A stretch of DNA of 64,000 nt from Paraphysomonas bandaiensis (taxonomy: Eukaryota; Protista; Chrysophyceae): assembly GCA_965644295.1 (NCBI GenBank), contig CBFFRP010000616.1, positions 62,001 through 126,000 of the forward strand. The letters are read 5' to 3'. Under the pieces are notes generated by a model, which saw nothing but the letters and a program-made list of their open reading frames with translations, did not search any database and was not told where the DNA came from. Shown one piece after another: positions 12,311 to 23,383 of this stretch. Made by a program: the position numbers and the translations under genes. The stretch's first letter is position 1, and each line of letters begins with the position of its first letter.

Positions 12311-14465
12311 CTCCTCATAGAACCCAGCACTCACGAAGACCAATAATAGCAGTAGATTCAAAAACTAATCCCATCCACACAATAGCAAGATAAGCCCTCG
12401 GATAACGCCTTAACATCAATCTCTGTAGTTCCAGTCGGGAAAAACTTAACATGACAAATTGCATCCTCGCATCAACTACAGAATTCACTTGTAGTTAAAT
12501 AGAATACCACAGTGAAATTAAAAGATACTGAATTCTCAAATGCTCATAAGATTTTGGATTAACCTTTGCCTTATATATCCAATATAACCAAATGAGAATT
12601 ACGTAGAGCCACTAATGGTCATGTAAATAGATTCCGCACTCAATGACATTAACCACAAGTATTTGATCATCATAAACTTCACGCAATTCAATTGTAGGAA
12701 ATACGCTTCAACTCAAACACTTGTTCATTTCACCCGCCATTAGACACAATTGAATTTCCGTGAATACAAGTCCGAAGTGAATCAGAGAGACACTAACCTT
12801 AGGACTGAATAACACTCCACCAAATACTCGCAACAGCCAAGTTGAGCAAGTCTTAGCTTAAACCTTGTTGTACCCAGACATACTACAACAACGTTGTAAA
12901 ACTCTTATTTCATTCATCATAAACAATAGAAGCGAGTTCACAAAGAAACTTAATTAATCCACTATTCCGAATTTGAATCCATAATATTAACTCAAATCTC
13001 TCGTACCACCCTTTTGCAAGAAGAGACACACACAACTGGAAACCGTAAGTGTCTTACAACCCATTTTGACAACTGAATCTGAAAGTAATCAACCACCATC
13101 ATCCATGTATTTGTGCACCAAACTCTACTTTGACATATCTTATTTTGTACAATAATTGTAATTCATCCTCTCGATTTTAGAACGAAACAATATTTGATTA
13201 ATGAAAATATCACCGGACCAATCAATAACCACCCCAATCAAAACATCATTCATCTCATTCTGAATATATACGAACATAGTGCACTGGTCTTATATTTCAG
13301 TAACCATACGTAACGATTTCCCTCAGATACAACATTATAATATTGTAAACAATAGAATGATCCACTCAACGCAATCTCATTGAAAAGAATCCAACAATAG
13401 AAATATCAACTGAAATAACAACAAGCTCGCAAAGTAATAACTCCCATTTTTAGTCTCGAAGTTAACCATCACTAGCATATATAATTCTTTCGCATGCAAT
13501 AGTATTATCAACACCATACCTCCAAATATCATTGACACTTAACCATCGATCTCATACCCGATGCATAATACAGTCAAACAATTGAAAAATACCAGCGACA
13601 AAGTTTTCAAAATTTCATTGACATGTTGTATCACTGAACCATATTCACTTCAACGTAACAGAAACTTCAATTTCGAACAACTTTCAATCAACAACTAACC
13701 ATGAATTTAGACAAGTTAATTCGTTGCATTTATGGATACCATATATTCAAATTCAATCCCATTGCAGATCCAAAAAAAACTGAGTAACCATTTTATAAGC
13801 ATCAACAAGACAATGAATATCTCCAACTCCTTCCTGTTTCTATTCATTCTCTTTAATACAAAATGCAAAGCACACTGAAAACATATTGCTCCAAATATAC
13901 TTTCCTCATACTGAAATTACAACATCAAAATTTACATTCTGTTCACATAGAGGCAATCGCGTTCATTAAAAACTGTTTACTTCCTCTGAAATTAAACTTT
14001 CGTATATGAATCATATAGTATTGCAAAACTTATCCAAACCATACATGACCCTTGCAAAACTATAACAATAATTGCTTGCCATTGATGTTGAAACCATACC
14101 ATTGATATTGAACAACTCTTTGCAGACTTTTTACCAATCTCAGACAATACTGTCATTCATTGAAACTTGATAAATTCACTGAAACCCATTCTTATACATT
14201 GAACTTAAAACCGAATTATTCTCTCGTAGTAGTCAGTATCACACAGGACTATTGAGCATAATTTTAACTAGACATTATTGAATATGGATCACACTTCTCA
14301 AAAACTCAGAACTCCCATATTGTAACTCCCATCACAACGGTAAGGCTCACAACAACCTCAATCCATTCCGAAATAAAATGAATAAAACCATGATAAATAT
14401 TGCATCATCATAAATAATAAGATGAACTTTGAAACAAAAGACACTTGCTGTATTTGGAATTGAAC

Positions 14466-15104
14466 TTACTGAATCAATGGCGGCCCTGGCCCATGCTCCG
14501 CAATAAACACAAGATTTGAAAGCAATAAACTCAAACTCTTGTTCAACGTAAGAAACTGAAAAACGTAACAAGCTGCATCTTGCTTTATCAGCATAAACAA
14601 GGAATATTCAAACACCGAATAATTGAACACTGAAAAAGGTACGACTGACATGCGCTCGATTACATCTGTAGCATCATTGGCAGTAGTCTCTTTTCCAAAG
14701 GAATTTGGAATTACCATTTCAGGATCAATGGCAACATGCTGCATAACAACTTGAGAATTATCAACAAAAATCTCAGCCTCGAATGACTCTGACTGAACGT
14801 CCTGCTGCTCAACAAATTCCAACATATCATTGACAACATTCTGCACAATACAGTTCTCATCGGTTCTGTTCTGAAGTAGATCTGAATTAGCTGGAATCGC
14901 TCGTCTTGAGGAACGTCGAGACTCCAACTGCTGCAATCTTTGTTCGAACATTTCGAAATGAAGATCGATGGACTCAAAACGCTTGTTCAGCTGCTCTTGT
15001 TGTTCAGCAAACCGCTGCTTTTGTTGAGCAAACTGTTCATTTTGTTCAGCAAACCGCTGCTGAAGGAACTCCATAATCTTTGAAACCTCTTCTTCCGAAC
15101 TCAT
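14466..15104 (-). CDS. gag-like ORF of the LTR element (coiled-coil N-terminus), probably degenerate
   Basis: First ORF after the 5' LTR: MSSEEEVSKIMEFLQQRFAEQNEQFAQQKQRFAEQQEQLNKRFE. Assigned by position only. Confidence 0.5.
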   Translation of the reverse strand: MSSEEEVSKIMEFLQQRFAEQNEQFAQQKQRFAEQQEQLNKRFESIDLHFEMFEQRLQQLESRRSSRRAIPANSDLLQNRTDENCIVQNVVNDMLEFVEQQDVQSESFEAEIFVDNSQVVMQHVAIDPEMVIPNSFGKETTANDATDVIERMSVVPFSVFNYSVFEYSLFMLIKQDAACYVFQFLTLNKSLSLLLSNLVFIAEHGPGPPLIQ

Positions 15105-15161
15105 AGTCGACAATAATATAAATAAACAATGTTTCTTTCTATCCGACTAAAGTATTAATAC

Positions 15162-15548
15162 TGTAATCTTTCTGATGAGAAAGACCGTGTTTACAACGTT
15201 TTATATGAATTTAAAGTGCTTCCCAAACCGAGAATACACTGTCCAGAACACCAAACCGGTGAAACTGCCTCCTAACACAAGCAAACCGCGAGTATAGAAT
15301 GAATTAAATTACGTTAAAACGTGTAAAGAAAAAGTGAAATCATACAACACTCTATCTTGCTGTGAATCATCTACAGTTTACAGTATCATACTTGTACATA
15401 TACGGGACTTATATCCCTTCAAGAATACAGTAACCGCAATGTATACTAAATAAACTGAAAATGAAAGTACAACAGCATGCTACCTAGAGTACCGCAGTAT
15501 AACACCGTATAACTCCACGTATAACAGTAACTACAGGTATGCGTGACA
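15162..15548 (-). repeat. 5' LTR (387 bp)
   Basis: Identical by eye to 10496-10882. Confidence 0.95.
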
Positions 15549-15835
15549 CAAATTATGAAGTAAACCAATGCGACGTGTGATAGACTGACGACAGAGGTGT
15601 ATAATATATTATATATATTCTTTGGCATTGTAATATAATGTCACAAGAAACAATTTTATAATATTTACTTTTCAATTGTTTATTTTTACATATATATATA
15701 ACAAATGGAGTAATTACCACAATGTATATATACTTCTGTCGTAAGTCTATCACACGTCGCATTGGTTTACTTCATTTGGTGCTTAATATAGTAATACGTC
15801 GATCTTTATCTTTTATATTGCATAGTACTTTTATC

Positions 15836-16330
15836 CCCTCAACAAAGTCGGACTCGCACCTTTTCGTGGTGTTCTGGGGGATAAGTACCGGAGTGATTCT
15901 CTCTGGGAAACTAACGTGAGCCGCAAACATATTCAGCAGATATTCTTCTGCCCACTCATAGCCGAATGCTTGTGTGGTACAAGGGACACCAATAAGTGTC
16001 ACTTGTGTAGACGTCTTTGGGCCCTGACGAATAAACAGGCATCCGGAAATGGGCCCACCTGAAGGGCATCCGGGACAGGGCCCACCTGAAGGGTAACCGG
16101 GATATTGGGCTGCCTGCTGAAGTCAAGCATCCGGGATGTTCACCTTAAGAACTCAGAGCGGAAGTGGTTGCACCTTGGTGCTTGCGGCGACGCACAAGCA
16201 GCTTCCGTAGCGTTAAATAGTAGGATAAAAAAAGTGTGTACTGATTAGTTACAGGTAGAGGTCTAACTAGTTTGTCTAGCATTCATCTAGCTGCTAAATC
16301 GGTGCAGGTTTTTAACGCCTATATTGCTAA
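15836..16330 (+). repeat. Family A copy (basic ~500-bp unit)
   Basis: Colinear with 2094-2680 from CCCTCAACAAAGTCGGAC to TTAACGCCTA, with a small internal duplication of GGGCCCACCTGAAGGG. Confidence 0.8.
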
Positions 16331-16346
16331 ATAAACGACTTTCAAT

Positions 16347-18021
16347 ATAGTACTTTTATCAATCGCCCTTCTGCGTATTTCAATGGTATGTTTTGATTCT
16401 AAAAATTATAATTCTCAATTTTTATTTTATAATTTTTCTTAAAAAGTATATAAATAAACCTGAAAATAGTATATCTTATTATAATGCAAATACTACAGAA
16501 GAAGATACTATATAGCTGACGCCGCCGCCAGCGGCGACTGGAAGACACTAGACAAAGTGCTCGGAGCCTCCAACTACAGTGTTGTCACAACAGACGCTAC
16601 GCACATACTGGAAGAATTCTTCACCACGGGTCAATGGCACTGGCGTAGATACGATACACACCTCCTCACAGACCTCGGTCCTATGCTAGGAGACGTTACA
16701 GATCTCCACCACCAGTGGGACCTCCATCAATACACCCTCCGACGAGATAGCATGTATGCTGCACAAACGCAACGAGACCCGCAGTATTGGACACGCAGCG
16801 GAACAAGGCTCCCACACAAGCTCCATCCCCTCCGTACCCATAACTCCTCCAAACACTACATCCCCCTCGCAGAGCGTATACGCGAGACGGCATACGTATG
16901 GGACAAATCCTTTGCAATGGGTAGAAACCGAGCCAAAGGAAAATCCGGACACGATCGCACAACGGCTTCCACATGCGCAGACTGTGCACACCCCACAGAC
17001 AACATGGCACACATGCTTCTCACCTGCACTCACCCTGACATCATTCACATACGTGAAGATGTCCACCAAGCACACCACAATAAGCTTGACAAACTTCGCA
17101 CGCGCACGCTCCCCCATCCCTGGTTTTACACCGCCATAACCAAACTAGCCAAAGCCGCATGGAACCCAGCCACCCCCAGGTTGAGCGCTACTGGACCGGC
17201 CACATTACTGCCACACAAATGGCCGACGCATTCGGACGCCACATATCCAGCTCACTGCTCGAACATCAATTCCACGCCCTAGAAAAATCCATCGCCTCTA
17301 TCCTACTCCCCCTATATGATGGAGGGCTCCGCATGCTTCGCAATAGGGGACACAGACACCACAACGTAGACACGGCACCGGCGACACCGGTCCCGACACA
17401 CGCAAAGCCCCGCCAGCCCCAGGATACCCACCCGACACCAAAAGTACTCCAGCTACTCCAGGCGACATCCACCCCACGAACTACACTCTCTGCAAGAGCC
17501 CAGACCCGACAGAGGCAAGCGCAACCACTCCGGAAACAACTTCTCCTTACTTGTAGCCGAAACCCCACCTCAACAACCAGCACCATCTCCACCACCGACT
17601 TGCACTCTCATATACAACTCGCCTCACCCACCCCCCACATAATCCATGGCACAGGTCCGCCAGACACATTGCCCAAAGGTAGACCCCCCGACTAACCTCA
17701 CTACAAGGGACGGTTGCACCATGGTGCTCGCAGCGATGCACAAGCAGTCCCGAGACGGTTGCCCGCCACTAGTAGTATATAGCAAATCTAGTTATTAGCT
17801 AGTCTATAGACATAAACTAGTTTCTGTACGCAACCGTACTCATGTAATAATCAGACTTTCATATAGAAGAAGATACTTGTATTGTATTATAGTGTCTGCT
17901 GCAACTGCTATTTTACTTTGGGGTAAATTGTAACTGCTACGTATAACAGGGGCACAGCTGGTGTATAGTGTATATATTAACAGTGTCTATTACCACTATA
18001 TTATACAGCCGCTTTAAACCA
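16347..18021 (+). repeat. Repeat family B copy interrupted by a LINE insertion
   Basis: 16347-16509 and 17878-18021 rejoin to give the reverse complement of 10141-10446. Confidence 0.85.
16510..17864 (+). mobile_element. 5'-truncated non-LTR retrotransposon (1355 bp) with a 13-bp TSD
   Basis: TSD AGAAGAAGATACT at 16497-16509 and 17865-17877. The body is A/C-rich, and its ORF has a CX2CX8HX4C knuckle (CADCAHPTDNMAHMLLTC), typical of the LINE ORF2 C-terminus. One frameshift lies near 17165; the ORF ends KGRPPD* at 17695. Confidence 0.85.
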
Positions 18022-18337
18022 ATACAGATTCGAAGAATCCCCTTCATCCCGCTGTGTGTGTTATACAAATTGGATATCTTAGGCAAAAACAAGTTACCAC
18101 TCACGTAATGCGCGTATGCTCGTCAGCAATAGATCAGGAACAATTAAAAAATTAAGATGTTTTGAATCACTAAATGTATGAATTACAAGTTGTCGTTACA
18201 ACTAATTATAACAAAACTGTCACAATCACACGCAGCCAATCAAAACTATGAGATTACGAATGCATACGGCACTAGAACCATACGGGAGTACATTGGTTCT
18301 ATGCACTGTCCAGAATCAGCTATTGATATAGCGACAA

Positions 18338-20497
18338 TTATCCCTTCGATTGAATTGCCTGGCGTAGTGTCTTGCCTCTCTGCTTACCATTAGCAGTCGC
18401 ACCAGCCTCATCTTTCTTGAGGGGCTCGGGTGTCGTTTTCGGATTAGCTGTTGCAGGTACTTCTTTCTTCGTGGCTTTCGTCCTTTTGGGCATAGGAGGA
18501 GCAGCAGGGGGTACCACAGCCGATGAGTCGGTTTCAGTAGTATTAGTATCCGGGGGTGGCGGTACGGACGAGGAATGATTGGAAGAGGTACCCGCATTTG
18601 CAGTATTCTCACCAGTCGAATTAGCAGCTGCTGCAGGTGTTTTTTTCTTCTTATTTTTCCCAGCTTTCGTATCCTGTTTCACACCTGTTGCTTTTGCGGA
18701 GCTTACAGTCGTAGTACCATTGCTGTCATTCTCCTTAGGCGTAACCGCGGCTTTCAGGGCCATCCCAGCCAACTTGCCCTGAACAGTGTTGAGTTCAGTA
18801 TTCGACGAGTCTAAACATACTTGTAAGCGCAATTATGATAATGAAGGAATTCATAGACCTGCTTTTTGTGACGTTATCTTTTTGCCAGCCACCGCCGGCT
18901 TCTTTCCAGTCGCATTGGCCACATGCCCACTGGCAGTATCTCTTACCGATGATGCAGGATCAGTATCGTTAGTGGGCTTCTTGCGCGCATCATTGCTCAG
19001 TTTCTGAAGGGAATCATCTCCAGTTCGTCTCCCTCCGACGGGCTGGTCTCTTCCCGAGGGCCGATCGGAATACTGATCACGGGGAGCACGGCGCGAATTT
19101 TGTGCTAGCATTCCCCCTCCTCTCCCCCCTCTACCACCGCCACCACCTCGACCAGGTCGCTATATACACCACACTAAAGAAGGGATAGGCTGCGAAGCAA
19201 CTGATGCTCACCTTGTTCAGGTTGGACAACTGCTGCTGGATATCCCTCTCAGATTCATACAGCTGCTTCCTCTTAGACATGTACTCCAGCTGAAATCAAA
19301 CATCACACTAACGGGCTTTGATTCACGCGCATAAGTATAACAACCTTGGTGTCAAGAAGTAATTTCGCACTCGCGATAGCTTCTCTGGTACCAATAAGCA
19401 CTACGCAATCCTCCTCATATGACACTCGAGTCACCATGCACTTCGACATATCTTTGATCTCATCTGTTCGCATACAGCATTAATTGGGCACTTGCACGAC
19501 TGAGGATCAAGTGGGATAGGCACTCACTCAAACTCGCATACTCCCGGCGCAGCATCGTCGCCTGGTCGCCCGAGAGAGGGATGTGCTCTTCCTTAACGTC
19601 GACCATGTCCCTCGCTCGCTGAACAGACGCCGCGCTTGGACCAGTGATTACCACATGTCCTGAGCATCATATAAACGTCAGAAAACTATGCTTTGTAAGA
19701 AGAATGCAAGGCATAACTTCTACACACAGTGTCTGGTACCTGTCTCGCCGTTGATGTTGATGTCCGTGACACCAGTCTCCCTCTGCACCTCCTGGATACG
19801 GGCCCCCTTCTTTCCAATTATGATTCCTACAAGATCTTTCTGTACCGTGATTTCAATGCGTTGTCCGGAAGCCACCTCTCCCTGAGCGAATATTTAAGAC
19901 ACTTTTTCCGCATGCATGACATCTTCACCTGAACTTCAAATAAACTCTCTTGCATCTATAGAAATATGACGTGTTATAAAAAAGAAAGAATACAGACGAA
20001 CACATACTTGATGAAGCCTTTTCATTTCCGACTGATACTTGATTTGCTCTTTGAAATTAATTTCGACAAGCATGCGTGCAATCTTCGAGGCAGATTCGTT
20101 CGGCGAGTGAATCATGATGCATATACGGCCAGCTGCATCCCGTGAAGAAGTAATATACCCAATTCCTGAAGCTTCCTTCACCTGAATCGATGATAAAAGG
20201 CTAGTAAATAATGAAAAAAAAGAGCCAAGAGCTGATTACCTTAAGAAACATGGATTGCACTTTGGAACCGGACACCCACTCAGTGAGCTCATCAGGCACC
20301 GGCACCACCTCAGATATAAGCGACACGTCAGTGGTCATATCCGCTGTACGACCGCATTTCTCAGATCATATGGTATCAAAGAACACCCACTCACCAATAG
20401 AGCTCTGCTGCGATCTGTTCTGTTGTGATCCTTGACGAGAGCTCTGCTGTCTGCCCCGCCCATCACCACCGCTATACCCGCCTCGCCTTGACTGCAT
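18338..20497 (-). CDS. FMR1/FXR-like RNA-binding protein (KH domains, coiled coil, RGG, disordered tail), multi-exon
   Basis: Spliced translation: ITVQKDLVGIIIGKKGARIQEVQRETGVTDINI (KH, GxxG), VITGPSAASVQRARDMV, VVLIGTREAIASAKLLLDTKLEYMSKRKQLYESERDIQQQL (parallels FMRP [27 protein letters not shown]), then GRGGGGGRGGRGG. ATG at 20497, stop at 18338-18340. Confidence 0.78.
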
Positions 20498-20891
20498 TAC
20501 ACTGCACTTAAATGCTTAGTAAAGAGGTTCTTAAAGGCTTCCGATTCTCGCTGAGATCTGCTGTGGGTTCAAATGGAGCTGCTGAATTAATTTATTTATA
20601 AGGATGACTGTGCGCACACGCTGCTGTGCTGTGCTGTGGTATATCGAATACCGCCGTATACCGTATACCTACACTGTGGCAGATGTTTCCTACAATGATG
20701 CAGATCTAGATGATGCAGAAGAATATGATGGTGATGTATGTATGTATGTATGTATCCCTCCCTGTATCTATAGCCAGTATACCACACCATATACATATAC
20801 TGCTGTATGTACATGCCAGAGCGAGCATTGATGCGATCCTCTCAGTTGATATAGTTATAATTATAATATAGATCCTGATAAAGGCCTAATC

Positions 20892-21434
20892 ATGACCACT
20901 GTCCGGGTTGGTGTTGGCTGTTTGGTCCGCAATTCATTGAACAAGGCAGTGTTGATTGGAAGAAGAAAGGGAAGTCATGGTATCGTCAGCTTATTTTGTT
21001 GTGGCTAATATTCATAACATGTGAATAATCAGGAGCAGGAACCTTAGCTCTTCCGGGAGGCCATTTAGAAGTATGCTCGCTCAACTAATATATACTACTG
21101 TTAATGAACAAGTTGCTTTCAGATGGGTGAAACGTGGGAAGAGTGCGTTTCTCGCGAACTGCTGGAGGAGACTAATTTATCAGTGACGAACATTAAATAC
21201 GTGGGAGCCACAAACGATATTGCAATCGGAGGAAATTCAAACAAGCACTATGTTACTATTTTTATGTCAGCTGATGTCGCTACGGACTCTTCCCCGCTTG
21301 AAAACATGGAGCCCCATAAATGCGAGGAGTGGATGTGGAAGCCATGGGACGAGATAGTTGAATTGAGCGAGTCTAACCCTGAGCAAATTTTTGATCCACT
21401 TCTTAATTTTATTCGTTCTGGTTACACAGTATAA
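20892..21434 (+). CDS. NUDT15: Nudix hydrolase, NUDT15/MTH2 (plant NUDX1) type; exons 20892-20979, 21033-21070, 21123-21434; 145 aa
   Basis: [51 protein letters not shown] (Nudix box), HYVTIFM and NMEPHKCEEWMW; the splice sites keep the frame. Confidence 0.9.
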
Positions 21435-21670
21435 TTTGAATAGTCAAACCTTCCACTGCTAATAATCTTCGACGCTCCTTTTTACTTCAGTATTTATTAT
21501 ATTGTTTTTTGCGAACTTACATTTGCACGGCATTCACACTATATGTACAAGTATATCTATGCTAGACAGTGTTCTAGTATATTATAATACCAGCTTGACA
21601 TGCTCCATTTCATTTGGAAATAGACTTAACACGGTAGAACCAAACCCGGATGGTCAGATAAAAGCAATTA

Positions 21671-21790
21671 GCGGTCTATCATTACAAATGTGGATTCCCA
21701 CATGCTGGTATATTGTTCGACCACTGTGCATGAAATAACTTTCTTACGGAGCTCACTAGCATTCTTTAGACTTCGCAACTTCCGGTACAA
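21671..21790 (-). pseudogene. Possible highly degraded hAT transposase fragment
   Basis: RKLRSLKNASELRKK..SMWESTFVMIDR resembles the hAT 'TRWxSTxxMxxR' region; it is short and surrounded by stops. Confidence 0.25.
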
Positions 21791-22130
21791 ATTTTTAAAG
21801 AACACTCGTTCAGTGACTTCTGGTACACTCTTTCAATTAATTAAACTTTTTCATAGATAAAGCCAATTGGATTTCACAACAAAATACTGTTGTCTTATAA
21901 CAACGTATGCAGTCATCATCGTTATTTGTATTAAAACAATTTTGACGTTGAAAATAATTTTTCACTATTCTTGCCCCATTCTGAGAGCGTACCCTAGTGA
22001 AGTGCTAGTGTTGACTAAGCTAAGTAACTTATAGATTATTAATAGAAATCTCAGCGTATTATTCGTGTGTTGGCATCAAGAAAGCTCTAGCTAGATCTGC
22101 ACTATACCTGCACAGCCTATATGAGATTAC

Positions 22131-22437
22131 GAGAAACCCCGCGCATTCTAGGGGAGGGAGGGGGGGCGGCCAATGTCACACTAGACCTATACTGAGTCAT
22201 GCATGGTCACGAGAATCCCCGCGTAATCTTTGTTAGGTAATGATGGGAAGGTACACATGGTCCTACTAGAATCTGCGCGAATTACATATATAAAAGTCAT
22301 GCATAGTTATTAGAAATCCCGCGTAATCTCAGCAAAGGTTAACACGGGTGGAGGGGACTACAGAATCTGCGCGTGATCTATGTGGTCAGCTACGTTGGTA
22401 CACGGGTGGGTGGGTAGTAGAATCAGTGCTATATCTC
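22131..22437. repeat. Array of about 6 degenerate ~19-bp motifs with unrelated spacers
   Basis: GAGAAACCCCGCGCATTCT (22131), GAGAATCCCCGCGTAATCT (22211), TAGAATCTGCGCGAATT (22267), TAGAAATCCCGCGTAATCT (22311), CAGAATCTGCGCGTGATCT (22361), TAGAATCAGTGCTATATCT (22418). Confidence 0.55.
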
Positions 22438-22564
22438 GGTGTTTTAGGTGGGGCACCAGCCAGCCTACACTATGGCCACGCCCTCGGAATGGGGCAGAGA
22501 GACATATGTATTCCAACGTATATGTATTTCAATGTAGTAACATTTTCTAATCCAGGATTCATAT

Positions 22565-23383
22565 CTACGTGCGAATCCAGACTATCGCTCTTTCTCTTCT
22601 TCGACGTTCGTATTCCGACGGGCACACCGTAGTAGCATTACTTAATCCAGGATGAATATTTATGTGCAAATCAAAATTATCATTTTCTTCTTCTTTTTGC
22701 GTAATAATTCCATCTTGAGATATATTCCCCGAAGTTAGTAGCTCAAGGACTGATGGCATCATATTTAATCCATCTACCACCAAAGACTCAAGAGTTGAAT
22801 AACGACCGCTCTCACAATTATAAATAGCGGCAACACCATTACCATTATTTGGTCTCCTAGATGCAGGTACTGATATAACAACGGGGCCAGTATCGTACCC
22901 ATCCACATCACCTTCCAGCAGTTCAACAACACGAAAGGAAACACAATTCTCCCACTCAGTCTGCATCTGAACATCGAAACGAAATCGACTACCCTCAGTT
23001 GGTCTCATGGGTAAAACAATACGAAAGAGTACTTCATGCTCACTTAAACTTGGACGAATCCTAAAAGTGATTGTCCCATTCGACCAGAGATGCATCTGTA
23101 CTCCTGTTGTCGGTTCACCATGCTGATCAGTATCATAACCCGGTTCACATCCTACAGCAATATTCAATTGATCACTTCTACTATTGAATAAATATGTTCC
23201 CTTGATTGATTGTGTGGGTGTGTTGAATATGATATGAGGGCGACCGACCATACCCAGACCATTCCCATTAGGTGATGGGAACACCATGGGACCGAGGTAA
23301 CCCGGTTCACCTGACTTACGTGTCCAACACTGGGTGAGTGTTCCAACAACACCGTTTCGTTTATGAGGTGGGATGTATGCCAT
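22565..23383 (-). CDS. Intronless 272-aa orphan protein, predicted beta-rich
   Basis: Clean ATG-to-stop ORF of globular composition that begins MAYIPPHKR; no family recognised. Confidence 0.55.
   Translation of the reverse strand: MAYIPPHKRNGVVGTLTQCWTRKSGEPGYLGPMVFPSPNGNGLGMVGRPHIIFNTPTQSIKGTYLFNSRSDQLNIAVGCEPGYDTDQHGEPTTGVQMHLWSNGTITFRIRPSLSEHEVLFRIVLPMRPTEGSRFRFDVQMQTEWENCVSFRVVELLEGDVDGYDTGPVVISVPASRRPNNGNGVAAIYNCESGRYSTLESLVVDGLNMMPSVLELLTSGNISQDGIITQKEEENDNFDLHINIHPGLSNATTVCPSEYERRRRERAIVWIRT

Larger units (their letters stand above)
10496..15548 (-). mobile_element. Defective Ty3/Gypsy (chromovirus-like) LTR retrotransposon, 5053 bp
   Basis: Two 387-bp LTRs with TG..CA ends and a 4-bp TSD CAAA (10492-10495, 15549-15552). 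Also a polypurine tract, a gag-like ORF and an integrase C-terminus with GPY/F and chromodomain-like modules. Confidence 0.92.
10433..15835. mobile_element. Foldback/MITE-like element with ~110-bp inverted arms, left arm split by the LTR retrotransposon
   Basis: 10433-10495 plus 15553-15596 together are the reverse complement of 15733-15835 (GATAAAAGTACTATGCAAT..AAGCACCAAA|..TGAAGTAAACCAATGCGACGTGTGATAGAC). AT-rich spacer at about 15600-15730. Confidence 0.7.

Noticed and set aside
12310-14460. Expected protease/RT/RNase H of the LTR element
   Set aside because: No YxDD motif and no long ORF were found; the region appears deleted or decayed, so no CDS was called.
22131-22437. CRISPR-like repeat-spacer appearance
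   Set aside because: The repeats are degenerate, the spacing is irregular, there are no cas genes and the context is eukaryotic.
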